A DNA stretch of 64,000 nucleotides from Chthonomonadales bacterium (GCA_037443035.1 JBBIPC010000005.1:66837-130836), one strand, 5' to 3'; counted from the first letter of the stretch, positions 54,058-64,000 are shown. Notes: a model not told the origin generated them from the letters alone. Program-made: numbers and translations.

Positions 54058-57000
54058 GTGACGCTCGTAGGACTGGCTGCCAAGGGCTTGCGCTACTATT
54101 GGCGGGAGGCGCTGGCTTCAGGAGCGGGTGTGGCGGTCGCCGCAGCTGTCATCTGCGGCAGTCTGATCGCTGGCGGTTCCGTCCAGGCGACCGTGCGCCG
54201 CAGCCTCACTGCACGGCTGGGCAGTGTCACGCACGTCGTGGTTGGCCCAAGGGCGATGACGTTGCGGTTGGCTCGGGACCTGGAGCAGTCGAGAGCGTGT
54301 CGGCACGTCGTTCCCATACTCCTTCTGGAAGGTACGGCCGCCAATCCCGATACAGGCGATGCAGTCCCGCGTGTCCAAGTTCTTGGCGTGCCAGGCGGGT
54401 TCTTCGCCTTCTACGGTGGACAGCGTCCGGCCGCTCTCTTCGATCGGAACGTGCTTCTCAGTCCTGCCCTGGCTTCGGATCTCCACGTGCGGGTCGGCGA
54501 CGGCCTCATCTTGCATGTGGCGCGTCCAGACATAATCCCCATGGACTCCCTCTTCGCTCGTCGAAGGATCGCGGAGCGTATGCGCAGCTTTCGCCTAGAG
54601 TGCGCGGGTATTGCACCGCAGGACGGACCAGGCGGGTTCGCTCTCGACGTGGAGACCGGAGCGCGTCGGACGGTCCTCGTTTCGTACGAGTGGCTAGCGC
54701 AGCAGATGGAGCTTGACGGCAGGTGCCACGCCATCCTGCTCGACGTCCTGCCTGGGCACAAGCGAGATGCAGTCGAGAAGCTCGTGCATTCTGTAAGCGA
54801 GCCTCGCGACCTGGGATTGACGCTCGATGCAGCATCCCAAGGGCGTGTCGTCATGCGTAGCGACTCGGTCACGCTCTCCTCGGACGCAGCGGCTGGCCTA
54901 TCCGACCTGAGCACGCTGCTGGGCGCCCGGATGGAGGCCGGCTCTATCATGCTGGCTACGTCGCTCAGGGCGCACGGTCGCGCAACAGCTGCCCACTACG
55001 TCATCGTTGGCTATTCCCCTTCCATAACGGTGCCTGACGGCAGGATCGTTCTGAGCCAGTGGCTCGCCGAGGACCTCGATGCGCGGGTCGGCACACCGAT
55101 CATCCTCGAGTGGATGCAGCCTTCCAGTGACGGAACCTACCCTCTACGGCAGACGCTCGTCCGTATAGACCGCATTGTCGCTACCGACGAGGCCGTGCGC
55201 GAACGATGGCTTGTGCCAGTGTTCGCGGGCATCACCGACGCTAGGCGCGTTTCTGACTGGGATCCTCCGTTCCCCGTGGACCTGAGGCTTGTGAGGCAGC
55301 GTGACGAGCGGTTTTGGGAAAGATACCGCGCTGCACCACGGGCGTTCGCCTCGGCTAGTCTTCTCCAGCGCATGTGGGGTGCCGGCTCTGGGACTGATAG
55401 CTGGATCACCGCGGTTCGGCTGACGTTCCCTGCGCCACAATCGGCAGGTCTATCGCAACTGTCAGCGGCCATACGCGAGACGCCCAGACTTCTTCAGGCT
55501 GGGCCCAGAGTCCGCGACATGCGAGCCGAAGCCGAGACGGCAAGCCAGGGCTCCAGCGACTTCAAGGGCCTCATGCTCGGCATGAGCATATTCCTCGTGG
55601 CATCAGCGGTCGGATTGGCAGCATCCATGATGCGTCTGTCGGCCGAGCGGCGTGCTTCCCAGGTGGGGCTGATGCTTGCCGTAGGTTTCCGATCCCGTCT
55701 CGCTGCCGTGCCTATTGGCATGGAAGGGGCCCTTGCGTCGCTGGTGGGCGCTATGGTCGGGGCATTCTCGGGAGTGCTCGTAGCCCAGGCGCTCGTGCTC
55801 GCCCTGAATACGTGGTGGAGCGGCGCCGTCGCGAGGGAGACGATTCACCTTGTCGTGTCACCGACGGATCTTGTGCAGGGGTTCGTGCTCGCCAGCGTGC
55901 TGGGTGCTGCAGCAGCGTGGAGGACGGCTTTCACCCTCACGGGCGGAGACGTCTGGGCCAAGCTGGCTGGCTGGCGCGCTGTGCAGATCCACAGTGCCGT
56001 CGCGGCGAACGCGGCGGTCGTTCCGTGGCTCGTGCTAGGGCTAGCGGCCGTGGCAGCGGTAACGGTCGGCCACGCCTCCGCAGAAGTGTTCCTCGGGAGC
56101 GGCGCCTGCCTGCTTGTTAGCGGATTAGGTCTGCTCCATTCTGGGCTTCGGCGTGCCCTGGTAGCTTCCGGCGGACCTCCCACATTCTGGCGCATGGCGA
56201 TCCGTAATGCCAGCCTCCATCGTGCTCACAGTACACTCGTGGCGGGCATGGTGGCGGCAGCCTCCTTCATTGTCGTGACGGTAGCCGCCAACGTGAGGTC
56301 CATAGCAGCGGTGGACGTTCGCAGTTCGAGCTCCGGCGCCGGCGGCTTTGACCTGATCGTTCGGTCCTCAACACCGTTGCCGGTCAGCATGGAGACGCCG
56401 GAGGGCCGAAGGAACCTCGGCTTCCGCGGTGAGGATGAGCATTTGTTCGAAGGTGCCGAGATCGTCCCGCTTTGGGTGAGCGATGGTGTCAACACCGGAT
56501 GCCTGAACCTCGCTCGGCCAACGGAGCCCCGCATCATCGGAGTCACCGATGCTTTCATCCGACGTGGAGGCTTCACCGTCGAGACACGGGGCAGGACGCG
56601 CGGCAATCCATGGAAGCTGCTCCTCAGCATGTCGGAAGATGGCACGGTACCTACGTTCGGCGATGCCGAGAGCGTGCGCTGGATACTGCGTAAGGGATTG
56701 GGCCAGACCGTTGTGCGTTCTACGGGCCGTGGCCACGTGCGACTGCGTTTCGATGGTCTCATCGCGTTCTCGATCTTCGCTGGCGAACTGCTTGTCTCCG
56801 AGACGCAGTTCCGTCGCATGTTCCCGGAAGTTACCGGCCCCTCGATGTGCCTCGTTCGTGCTGCTACGCCGGATCTGGTCGGTCCTATTGCAGAGTCCGT
56901 CCGGCGAACCCTTGGCGAGACAGGCGTCGAGGTGCGAACCACCCGGGAAACGCTCAATGAACTGCTGGCGGTGCAGAATGCTTACCTGGCGGCCTTCCTG

Positions 57001-57360
57001 GTGCTTGGGGGTCTGGGGGTCATACTGGGGATGGCGGGACTCGGTGCAGTCGTCCTCCGCACTGCTGCAGAACGCCGCTCGGAGTTCGCTATCCTGACAG
57101 CCATGGGTTTCCGAAGGAGCGTCCTTGCGAGTATGCTGATGCAGGAGAGTGCGGGCCTGCTCCTATACGGATGGGTACTCGGCACGGGTACGGCCCTTGT
57201 GGCCTCGGTGCCTCGAGTAGCTTCCGGCGATGCGGCTGTGAACTGGCTCGTCCTCGGAGTTACGCTGTTGGGAGCAGTGACGGCAGGTCTTCTCTCCTGT
57301 GTGGTAGCCGCGGCTGCTGCGCTTCGGGGCGATGTGCTCGCAGGATTGCGCTGGGAGTAG
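54058..57360 (+). CDS. Large FtsX-like ABC permease (1100 aa, two FtsX modules with large extracytoplasmic domains)
   Basis: An N-terminal TM helix and long soluble loops, with two 3-4-TM clusters at about residues 510-680 and about 990-1095 that have FtsX-like spacing. GTG 54058 follows AGGGGAG. Confidence 0.75.
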   Translation: MTLVGLAAKGLRYYWREALASGAGVAVAAAVICGSLIAGGSVQATVRRSLTARLGSVTHVVVGPRAMTLRLARDLEQSRACRHVVPILLLEGTAANPDTGDAVPRVQVLGVPGGFFAFYGGQRPAALFDRNVLLSPALASDLHVRVGDGLILHVARPDIIPMDSLFARRRIAERMRSFRLECAGIAPQDGPGGFALDVETGARRTVLVSYEWLAQQMELDGRCHAILLDVLPGHKRDAVEKLVHSVSEPRDLGLTLDAASQGRVVMRSDSVTLSSDAAAGLSDLSTLLGARMEAGSIMLATSLRAHGRATAAHYVIVGYSPSITVPDGRIVLSQWLAEDLDARVGTPIILEWMQPSSDGTYPLRQTLVRIDRIVATDEAVRERWLVPVFAGITDARRVSDWDPPFPVDLRLVRQRDERFWERYRAAPRAFASASLLQRMWGAGSGTDSWITAVRLTFPAPQSAGLSQLSAAIRETPRLLQAGPRVRDMRAEAETASQGSSDFKGLMLGMSIFLVASAVGLAASMMRLSAERRASQVGLMLAVGFRSRLAAVPIGMEGALASLVGAMVGAFSGVLVAQALVLALNTWWSGAVARETIHLVVSPTDLVQGFVLASVLGAAAAWRTAFTLTGGDVWAKLAGWRAVQIHSAVAANAAVVPWLVLGLAAVAAVTVGHASAEVFLGSGACLLVSGLGLLHSGLRRALVASGGPPTFWRMAIRNASLHRAHSTLVAGMVAAASFIVVTVAANVRSIAAVDVRSSSSGAGGFDLIVRSSTPLPVSMETPEGRRNLGFRGEDEHLFEGAEIVPLWVSDGVNTGCLNLARPTEPRIIGVTDAFIRRGGFTVETRGRTRGNPWKLLLSMSEDGTVPTFGDAESVRWILRKGLGQTVVRSTGRGHVRLRFDGLIAFSIFAGELLVSETQFRRMFPEVTGPSMCLVRAATPDLVGPIAESVRRTLGETGVEVRTTRETLNELLAVQNAYLAAFLVLGGLGVILGMAGLGAVVLRTAAERRSEFAILTAMGFRRSVLASMLMQESAGLLLYGWVLGTGTALVASVPRVASGDAAVNWLVLGVTLLGAVTAGLLSCVVAAAAALRGDVLAGLRWE

Positions 57361-57378
57361 GAGGAAAGAAGATAGACC

Positions 57379-58506
57379 ATGCGAAGCTGCGTGAGATGCC
57401 CTGTCCTTGTCCTTCTGGGTCTTGCGGTATCCCTTGGTGTGTCTCGTGGCGCTGACTGGCCGATGATGCGGGGATCGCCGGACAACCGCGGAGTCGCAGC
57501 GGATGTACTAACGCCGCCATTGCGTCGGCTCTGGGTATTCGAGGCGGGCGGTCCGATAGAAGGTACAGCCGCCATCGTCAGAGGAGTGGTCTATGTACCC
57601 ACCATGCGTGGGAAGCTCCACGCTCTCCGCCTCGGCGACGGAAAACGTTTGTGGACGTTCTCATCCTCCAATGCATTCAGCGCCTCGCCATGTGTGCTCG
57701 ATGGGGTCGTCTACATCGGCGACGAAGGCGGAGTCTTCTATGCGCTGGACGCAGCTACCGGTAGAGTGCGTTGGAAGCGCGCTACGGAAGACAGGATCAT
57801 CTCCTCAGCAGTGCCGGGTCCGGGTTGTATCCTCGTGGGAAGCTACGATAACCATCTGTACTGCTTCCGGAGGAACGGCGGCAGGATTCTGTGGACGTTC
57901 AAGGCTGAGGCACAAGTCCACGCAACGCCCTGTGTGATCGGATCCACCGTCGTCATCGCCGGCTGCGATGGATACGTCCGATGCATAGATCTGACCTCAG
58001 GTAAGCAGAGGAGCCGCACGCACGTCGAGGCGAACTTCGGTGCTCCACCAGCCGGAGTTGCAGGTACCGTCCTCGTTGGATCCCTCTCTGGTGTGTACCT
58101 CCGCATGCGCGTAGCGGACGGCAGGGTGCTCTGGAAGCAGCAGGAAAAGGAGGAAGGCGCAGCGGTCTATGCGGGCGCTGCTGTACAGGGGACGACGGCT
58201 ATCTTCGCTTCACGAAGCTCGCGTGTTCTGCGCTTGAACGCTACGACGGGCAAGGTGCTGTGGACTTTCCAGACCAAGTCGCAGGTGAACTCTTCGCCGG
58301 TCATCTCAGGTACCACCGTATACGTTGGCTCCGACGAAGGCATGCTATATGGGCTCGACATTGCGACGGGCAGTCTACGATGGCGATTCGCCTGTGGAGC
58401 TGAGGTCAAGGCGTCGCCAGCCATCGGTGGCAACAGGTTGGTTGTTGGAACCACCGACGGTGCGTTGTACTGCTTCGGGCCATCTGCCACGACTACGCGT
58501 CGCTAG
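57379..58506 (+). CDS. PQQ-like (BamB-type) beta-propeller repeat protein, secreted
   Basis: Signal peptide, then DWPMMRGSPDNRG and repeated G-x-V/L-Y-a-l-D-x-x-T-G-x-x-x-W blades (VYVPTMRGKLHALRLGDGKRLW, VFYALDAATGRVRW, MLYGLDIATGSLRW, ALYCF). Confidence 0.8.
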   Translation: MRSCVRCPVLVLLGLAVSLGVSRGADWPMMRGSPDNRGVAADVLTPPLRRLWVFEAGGPIEGTAAIVRGVVYVPTMRGKLHALRLGDGKRLWTFSSSNAFSASPCVLDGVVYIGDEGGVFYALDAATGRVRWKRATEDRIISSAVPGPGCILVGSYDNHLYCFRRNGGRILWTFKAEAQVHATPCVIGSTVVIAGCDGYVRCIDLTSGKQRSRTHVEANFGAPPAGVAGTVLVGSLSGVYLRMRVADGRVLWKQQEKEEGAAVYAGAAVQGTTAIFASRSSRVLRLNATTGKVLWTFQTKSQVNSSPVISGTTVYVGSDEGMLYGLDIATGSLRWRFACGAEVKASPAIGGNRLVVGTTDGALYCFGPSATTTRR

Positions 58507-58537
58507 CGGGCGCACCGTTAAGGAGGATTGCAGGGCC

Positions 58538-61500
58538 ATGGGCGCACTCCACGCTCTTGTCGCCGCGGTACTCATCCCCATCGTCATACTCGCTGCATGT
58601 CCCGCACCGTCGTTCGGTCAGTCGCCCCAGGAGGAGTCGGTCGGTGTACGACCGTACGAGCTCGAGTGGGCTGGCAGAACGCAGGATGACCATCCCCCAC
58701 TCGTAGATTTCGAGAATCTCGACGGCTGGACCGTCGTCACGAAGAACGCCGCGGCCACGTTCGTGCGCACCCGGGAGCAGCGGATCTGGGGTAGGTACGT
58801 GGGCAAGCTAACGTACCGAGGCGACGGGTCCGGCCCCAACGAAGTCCGCATTGTCCCGCCCCAACCCATTCCCATCTCCCAACCATTCGACGCGGTCACG
58901 CTGTGGTGCTACGGGAATAACTGGGGATGGGCGCCAGACCCAGGCACGCCGCAGGTACGTATTTCCGTGCTATTCGAGGACAGCGACGGACAAGAGTTCG
59001 CTGTCTACCTCTACCATGTGGACTGGACGGAATGGTATCTGCTTCACAGACGGCTGACCCCCGAACAAGCTCGGAGGGTGCAGAAAGGCGCGAGGTTCGC
59101 TGGCATCCTGGTCGCCGGTGGACGACAGAAGGACGACCGCATTCTTTATTTCGACAATCTCGCGGTTTTCACGGAGGAGTTTCCACCGCTGACGTTCGCG
59201 CCACGCCCCGAGCGTGGCATCTCCATGTTCCCTGGCCAGACCGCAGGTACGAACACAGGTCCGGGCAAGCTACCATTTCCCACGTCGGAGCGTACGATTG
59301 TCCCGCCCGTGCTCGACCCAAGACCAGTGGTAGAGACTCTTCCGGAAGGACAGGGAGCGCGATTTCGCTGCAAGGACCGCACTGGAGTCGTGGAGTATAT
59401 CGTCCGACCTGAGACCGGGAGATGGGACGACATTGCGGTTACGTATCGGAAGGCTCGCAACGCTGTTAGTGGCGTGCGTTTCCAGCCCTGCGTGGATGGT
59501 GGCGTGTGGCTGCGCGGACCATCGGGGGCTGTGCGCCCGGAGCGCGGTGAACTGCTCAGTTCGCAGTTCGACCAGGACGTGCTCGAAACTCAATGGAATC
59601 TGGTTGCGGGCGATGTGTCCGCGAAGGTGACGTATCGCTTCCGACTCTGGGGAAAGTCCCTCGTCGTGGATGTCCTTGCGCCGGGCGGCAACATAGCAGA
59701 AGTTCGGTACGGACGCGCCGTCGGCCTGGAGAATCCGCGGCTCGTAACGCACCCCTTCTACCCGGCGGAAGGCGGCCGTCCCGCCACTGTGGTCGCTTCT
59801 ACGCCGTCGGGTCCCCTGTTCCTCATGGGTAATACCGACTGGTACCGGACGAATGCCTCTATCATGTGGGCACAGAATGCTGTGGATGCGAGCGGTGTCA
59901 CCTACAACGGAGGTACTCGTTACATTCCGCTCACCAACGGGCGCGTCAACGACTGCTTCGAACGCTTCTTCATCACGGTGTCGCCGGTGTTCGAAGAAAC
60001 GCTCCCCACGATCGCCAATCCCGTGTCGCCATGGAAGCATATTACCGGTACCCACGTATGGCGCGCCCACGGTGCAGGCAACCGTGAAGCCGACAAGAAG
60101 CTCTGGGCCGAAGTCCGCAGATATGGGATTCGGAATGTAGTCGTCACGGATCACGAGACCATGTGGCGCGATGGTGGTGAGAGCTTCACGTTCCGTACCC
60201 GGGCTGCTCCCGGCAAGGGAGGTGACGATGGCGCCCGGGACTACTCGCGCTACATGCAGGACACGCTCGGTTTCGTCTATGGCCCCTACAACAATTTCAC
60301 GGATTTCGCGCCCGTCAACGAGTACTGGAGCACCGACATGGTGTCACGGGACCCGGAGAATCAGCTTCAGCATGCCTGGATGCGCTGCTACGCCCCCAAG
60401 CCCGCACGAGCCGTAGAGTACTGCGAGCGTCTCTCACCCGTGAATCAGGCCAAGTTCGGGTTCAGCACCGCCTACTGCGATGTGCATACCGCTGTGGCAC
60501 CGTGGCACCGCGTGGACTACGATCCAAGGGTTCCAGGCGCAGGTACGATGGCCGCTGTCTTCTACGCCTACGGCGAGATCATGCTCTTGCAGAAGAAAGC
60601 ATGGAGCGGACCGGTCTATTCGGAAGGCAACTATCATGCGTTCTACTGTGGCCTGACGGATGGCAACTACGGCCAGGATCAGGCCTACAGACCTGCGGAG
60701 AATGCGTGGCTCGTAGATTTCGATCTATGGCGTATGCACGATCTTTGCTGTAACTTCGGCATGGGCAACCCGGACATGTTCTATGCCAACGCGCCTCAGC
60801 CCCAGAACACTCAGGCCGAGCGTGACGCCTGGTTGGATCGGTTCCTTGCAGCGACTGTCGCCTTCGGACATCCAGGGTTTCTCGTCATGGAAGGCGGCAT
60901 GGCCAATGCCATGAAGAGCTACTTCATGCTGCAGCAGCTTCACTCCCGGTACTGTCTCGCTTCCGCCGTTGCCATTCGGTACGTGGATCCACGCGGCCGT
61001 CTCCTCAGCAGTTCCGAGGCCGTTGCCTCGGGCGACTATCGCCGGTCGCAGGTCGTTGTGCGGTACAGCGACGGAACAGTCGTCGTTGCTAACGGGAGCA
61101 AGACCGAAAGGCTCGAGACGGCCGTCGATGGTCGGAAGGTCGTCTTACCACCCAACGGCTACTGCGGCTGGACGGCCGACGGAAAGATCGAAGTCACGAA
61201 CTGGCATCCCGAAGGCCGGTATGCCGACTACGCCGTCACCCCGGAGTACCTCTTCATAGACGGCCGCGGTCGGTTCACCCGTTTCCCTATGGCGGCCGCC
61301 AGCGGGATGGGAGTGCTGCGGCGCGTCAAAGCAGGCGAGTGGGAACTCATTCCCTACCAGGGTGCTGAGTGCGGGTTTGCCGTCACGGCGAGCTCCGCTG
61401 TTGCACTGGATCGCGAGGGGAAGGATATGGGGCCGGCATCGCTTCGGACTGCGCGAGGTCTAACCTATGTCCTGCCGGTGGAAGGTGCGTTCAGTTACCT

Positions 61501-63010
61501 ACTCCGGGGCGTCAGGCTCATCGCGCCGTCGAGGCAGGATCGTGCTACTCAATCTGCCCTGGCGGAGGCGACAACGGACTCGCGACAAGATGGCGAGGAT
61601 CTCCGCGCGAGCCGATGGACCGTGACCCCGGGGGAACAGGTGGCGGTCGCCCGAGGAGGGCGTTCACGTCGTCGCTGGACAGTGACGATCCCTGCAGATG
61701 CAAAGCCCGGGGACCATCTGTGGCGCAAGCTTGGCGATCGGTGGTTGGACTTCGTCGTGGTGGAACCATTCGCTACCTCGCTCAGCCTGGTCGGGGATGA
61801 TCTCTGCGTGACCCTGACCTCGCATCTGCCGAAGACGGAGGCTGTGACCTTGACCGCCCTTGGCAGGACGGTGGCGGTTCGAGCCGAACCCAACCGACCC
61901 GTTCTGGCACGTGTGCCGCTAGGTCCTCCGGCCAAAGAGACTGCCGATCTTGTGCGTATTACGGTACAAGCAGGATCAGCGTGTTCCACGATGGAAGCCG
62001 GTCTGCGCGTCACGCTCGGCCACCGCGTCCTGGTGGGCATGCGGGAACGCTTCGTTGGGGGGGTGGGGCTGCGTGGTCAACCCGATACGCCGGGGTTTGG
62101 CGCAACCGGTGCTCACGCGAACGTGGATCGGGGGGAATGCGGTGGTGTGAGCAAGGTCTGTCTGAAGATGCATCCGCCGTGGCTAGGTGGTGCCGTGGGC
62201 CGGACGTTCGCCCTCTACGATCTCCTCACGCTGCCGGCGCATCCACCGGCCGCGTTCCGCGCCGAGGTCGGCAAGTTGGACGGGAGTGACCCAGGCGACG
62301 GCATTCTGTATAGGGTGGCGGTTGTGGATCGATATGGCAACGAAGCTGTCGCAGCGGAGCACCTCGTGAAGGAGCATCGCTGGGAGGCGATCGAAGCCGA
62401 TCTCTCACGATGGGCGGGCCAGCCCATTCGTGTCAAGCTGATTGCCGACCCAGGCCCGGTGGATGACACGTCCGGCGACTGGGCGTGCTGGGCCAGCATG
62501 CGAATCGAGACACGCGACGCCATTCTGCACCGGACCCTCGACGCCCAGGCGGAGCGCTATCGTCGTCTGCCGGCCCCGTACCGAGCCCAAGGTCTGACAA
62601 CGGAGATTCTGCGAACCGCTCGGCGTGGCTGGCTGCGGTTCGATGGGAAGGGCATGAACGCTGGAAAGTATGTTTGCTACGGCCGTCTCAATGGCGTAGA
62701 TCTCGGACCCATGCCGGCCGCAAGTGGTGACGAGACGAGTGGCATCTACGCGGAGAAGGTTGCGGTGGAGCTACCACCTTCCGCCATTGCGAGCCTTGGG
62801 ATCTGGAATCGCTTTGTCCTCCTGAATCCGAACCACGATTACTTCAGCGTGCGGCGCTTCTGGATCGAACTGGAGCTCGAAGATGGGAGGAGGTGTTCGT
62901 CGGACATTGCCGACGTGACCTTCACGCAACCTTCTGACTGGCCGTATGCCGAAGGGATCCGCCTTCCGTTTGGCGAGGACATCACCGTGGACATCTGGTT
63001 CAGCAGGTAG
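58538..63010 (+). CDS. Giant secreted protein (1490 aa), no family recognised
   Basis: RBS AGGAGGA lies 10 nt before ATG 58538, with signal MGALHALVAAVLIPIVILAACPAPSFGQ. The long uninterrupted frame shows protein-like composition. The track start 58325 overlaps the PQQ gene. Confidence 0.7.
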   Translation: MGALHALVAAVLIPIVILAACPAPSFGQSPQEESVGVRPYELEWAGRTQDDHPPLVDFENLDGWTVVTKNAAATFVRTREQRIWGRYVGKLTYRGDGSGPNEVRIVPPQPIPISQPFDAVTLWCYGNNWGWAPDPGTPQVRISVLFEDSDGQEFAVYLYHVDWTEWYLLHRRLTPEQARRVQKGARFAGILVAGGRQKDDRILYFDNLAVFTEEFPPLTFAPRPERGISMFPGQTAGTNTGPGKLPFPTSERTIVPPVLDPRPVVETLPEGQGARFRCKDRTGVVEYIVRPETGRWDDIAVTYRKARNAVSGVRFQPCVDGGVWLRGPSGAVRPERGELLSSQFDQDVLETQWNLVAGDVSAKVTYRFRLWGKSLVVDVLAPGGNIAEVRYGRAVGLENPRLVTHPFYPAEGGRPATVVASTPSGPLFLMGNTDWYRTNASIMWAQNAVDASGVTYNGGTRYIPLTNGRVNDCFERFFITVSPVFEETLPTIANPVSPWKHITGTHVWRAHGAGNREADKKLWAEVRRYGIRNVVVTDHETMWRDGGESFTFRTRAAPGKGGDDGARDYSRYMQDTLGFVYGPYNNFTDFAPVNEYWSTDMVSRDPENQLQHAWMRCYAPKPARAVEYCERLSPVNQAKFGFSTAYCDVHTAVAPWHRVDYDPRVPGAGTMAAVFYAYGEIMLLQKKAWSGPVYSEGNYHAFYCGLTDGNYGQDQAYRPAENAWLVDFDLWRMHDLCCNFGMGNPDMFYANAPQPQNTQAERDAWLDRFLAATVAFGHPGFLVMEGGMANAMKSYFMLQQLHSRYCLASAVAIRYVDPRGRLLSSSEAVASGDYRRSQVVVRYSDGTVVVANGSKTERLETAVDGRKVVLPPNGYCGWTADGKIEVTNWHPEGRYADYAVTPEYLFIDGRGRFTRFPMAAASGMGVLRRVKAGEWELIPYQGAECGFAVTASSAVALDREGKDMGPASLRTARGLTYVLPVEGAFSYLLRGVRLIAPSRQDRATQSALAEATTDSRQDGEDLRASRWTVTPGEQVAVARGGRSRRRWTVTIPADAKPGDHLWRKLGDRWLDFVVVEPFATSLSLVGDDLCVTLTSHLPKTEAVTLTALGRTVAVRAEPNRPVLARVPLGPPAKETADLVRITVQAGSACSTMEAGLRVTLGHRVLVGMRERFVGGVGLRGQPDTPGFGATGAHANVDRGECGGVSKVCLKMHPPWLGGAVGRTFALYDLLTLPAHPPAAFRAEVGKLDGSDPGDGILYRVAVVDRYGNEAVAAEHLVKEHRWEAIEADLSRWAGQPIRVKLIADPGPVDDTSGDWACWASMRIETRDAILHRTLDAQAERYRRLPAPYRAQGLTTEILRTARRGWLRFDGKGMNAGKYVCYGRLNGVDLGPMPAASGDETSGIYAEKVAVELPPSAIASLGIWNRFVLLNPNHDYFSVRRFWIELELEDGRRCSSDIADVTFTQPSDWPYAEGIRLPFGEDITVDIWFSR

Positions 63011-63095
63011 AAAACAGCATCCACGGCGCCCAATGTCGTCCTGGAAGATCGCAGCGCCGGCGGCGGACCGCGGTGGCACGGTCATGAAGAATGAA

Positions 63096-63122
63096 ACGAC
63101 CCCGCTTGGACAGCGGGGTCGT
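63096..63122. terminator. Bidirectional terminator between convergent genes
   Basis: Perfect 11-bp stem acgaccccgct / agcggggtcgt with a 5-nt loop. On the minus strand it is followed by TTTCATTCTT. Confidence 0.65.
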
Positions 63123-63150
63123 CGTCCTCACGAAGTCCGTGAGCTAGCCA

Positions 63151-63957
63151 CTAGCTCTGTGCGAACCGGCGGCGCAGGAACAAGCCACCCATGCTCAGGA
63201 AGCTGCCCAGCGCAACCATGGTTCCCGCCTCTGGAACGGGATCGCAATCCTGCTGGTTCTGGCAGACCTTGAAGTAGTCGTAGGTGTAGTGACCGGAGCT
63301 GTATAGCTGAATGTTGTTGCTCACGCCTGTCCAGGAACCATAGCCGCTCGACACGGATGCGTCCGGCCCGCTGTTCGTGGACCACACGTACGCCGTAATC
63401 TGCGCCTGGCCCAGATTGTCGACCTCGAGCTTGCCCTGGACCAGATAGGTCTGGCCAACCTGATAGTTGTAAGGAACCCGCTGGGGCGTTCCCAGGTTGC
63501 CACGCTGGACGAGGAGGTAGTTGCCCGTTTGGTCGCTTTGCAGGCCGAACTGCAGCGCCGTCGGGGTACCAAAACCACCACCTACCACCATCACTCCGGA
63601 CTGGCCGTATCCGACCTCGGGCCGGATGAGATACTCGAACCAGGTGGTGGTGTTGTTGCCACCGTAGCTACTTGTCATGTTCCGATTTGCGTAGCTGATA
63701 GACGTCCCCGAGTAGTTGGCGGTGGTGGCGTACGGAACAGTCACCAGACCGGGGAACGTCAGCCCATAGCTCGTGATGACAAACGAACCTGGGCTGTACT
63801 CACTCCAAGGACCAGACCAGCCGATTCCTCCGTTCTGACCGTGGAGATTACTGCCCGGTACATAGGCGAAATCGTCTTGCGCCTGGGCCAACACGGCGAT
63901 TGGTACGATTGCGATCGCCAAGACGGCGATCAATGCGAACAAAGTCTTAACTCTCAC
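63151..63957 (-). CDS. PEP-CTERM sorting-domain protein
   Basis: Signal MRVKTLFALIAVLAIAIVPIAVLAQA. The C-terminus PVPEAGTMVALGSFLSMGGLFLRRRF has the PEP-CTERM architecture: motif, TM helix, then an Arg cluster. Confidence 0.8.
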   Translation of the reverse strand: MRVKTLFALIAVLAIAIVPIAVLAQAQDDFAYVPGSNLHGQNGGIGWSGPWSEYSPGSFVITSYGLTFPGLVTVPYATTANYSGTSISYANRNMTSSYGGNNTTTWFEYLIRPEVGYGQSGVMVVGGGFGTPTALQFGLQSDQTGNYLLVQRGNLGTPQRVPYNYQVGQTYLVQGKLEVDNLGQAQITAYVWSTNSGPDASVSSGYGSWTGVSNNIQLYSSGHYTYDYFKVCQNQQDCDPVPEAGTMVALGSFLSMGGLFLRRRFAQS

Positions 63958-64000
63958 AGGCGTTACCTACCTTTCCTTTCCACTCTTTCCGACTGCGAAG

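Overview
This is a gene-dense, high-GC bacterial chromosomal window. All family names come from motif recognition in the translations, not from database searches. I support about 55 protein genes. I found no rRNA or intact tRNA gene, no CRISPR array, and no transposase or integrase. An H-X9-DG/DUF1559 prepilin-like protein, a PEP-CTERM protein, several giant secreted glycoside-hydrolase-like proteins and NHL/HEAT/PQQ repeat proteins suggest an Armatimonadota- or Planctomycetota-like host (inference only). Left part (1-10.1 kb): housekeeping genes (acylphosphatase, PAP2 phosphatase, accD-accA, pheA, pepC), an NHL-repeat lipoprotein and a secreted sugar-phosphate isomerase. Centre (10.2-21.3 kb): the most interesting region, one co-directional block. 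A divergent Cys/His-tailed PadR regulator precedes a NifX-like / DUF5320 / 2x MinD-ferredoxin ATPase / NifX-like module. A strong hairpin and an AT-rich promoter follow. Then come a monoheme cytochrome c, a Cyc2-like fused cytochrome-porin, a 2-TM heptaheme cytochrome, Rieske, a b6-type cytochrome b with a PHWY Qo motif, a membrane-anchored pentaheme cytochrome, a small beta-barrel protein and a CDF metal exporter. I read this block as a candidate iron-redox / extracellular electron-transfer respiratory module. Right part (21-64 kb): tandem phosphohexomutases, glutathione peroxidase, ThuA, a vWA protein, a DUF1854 protein with an orphan ABC-2-like permease, AMMECR1, and carbohydrate-active genes (GH42, beta-helix protein, two giant GH-like or orphan secreted proteins). 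It also holds M48 peptidase, GT2, FKBP, a HEAT-repeat protein, a MacB-like ABC/FtsX/PQQ-propeller set and a PEP-CTERM protein. A composite direct and inverted repeat sits in the 52.0-52.4 kb intergenic region. Many long ORFs in the supplied track are antisense or off-frame shadows typical of high-GC DNA and were not called.
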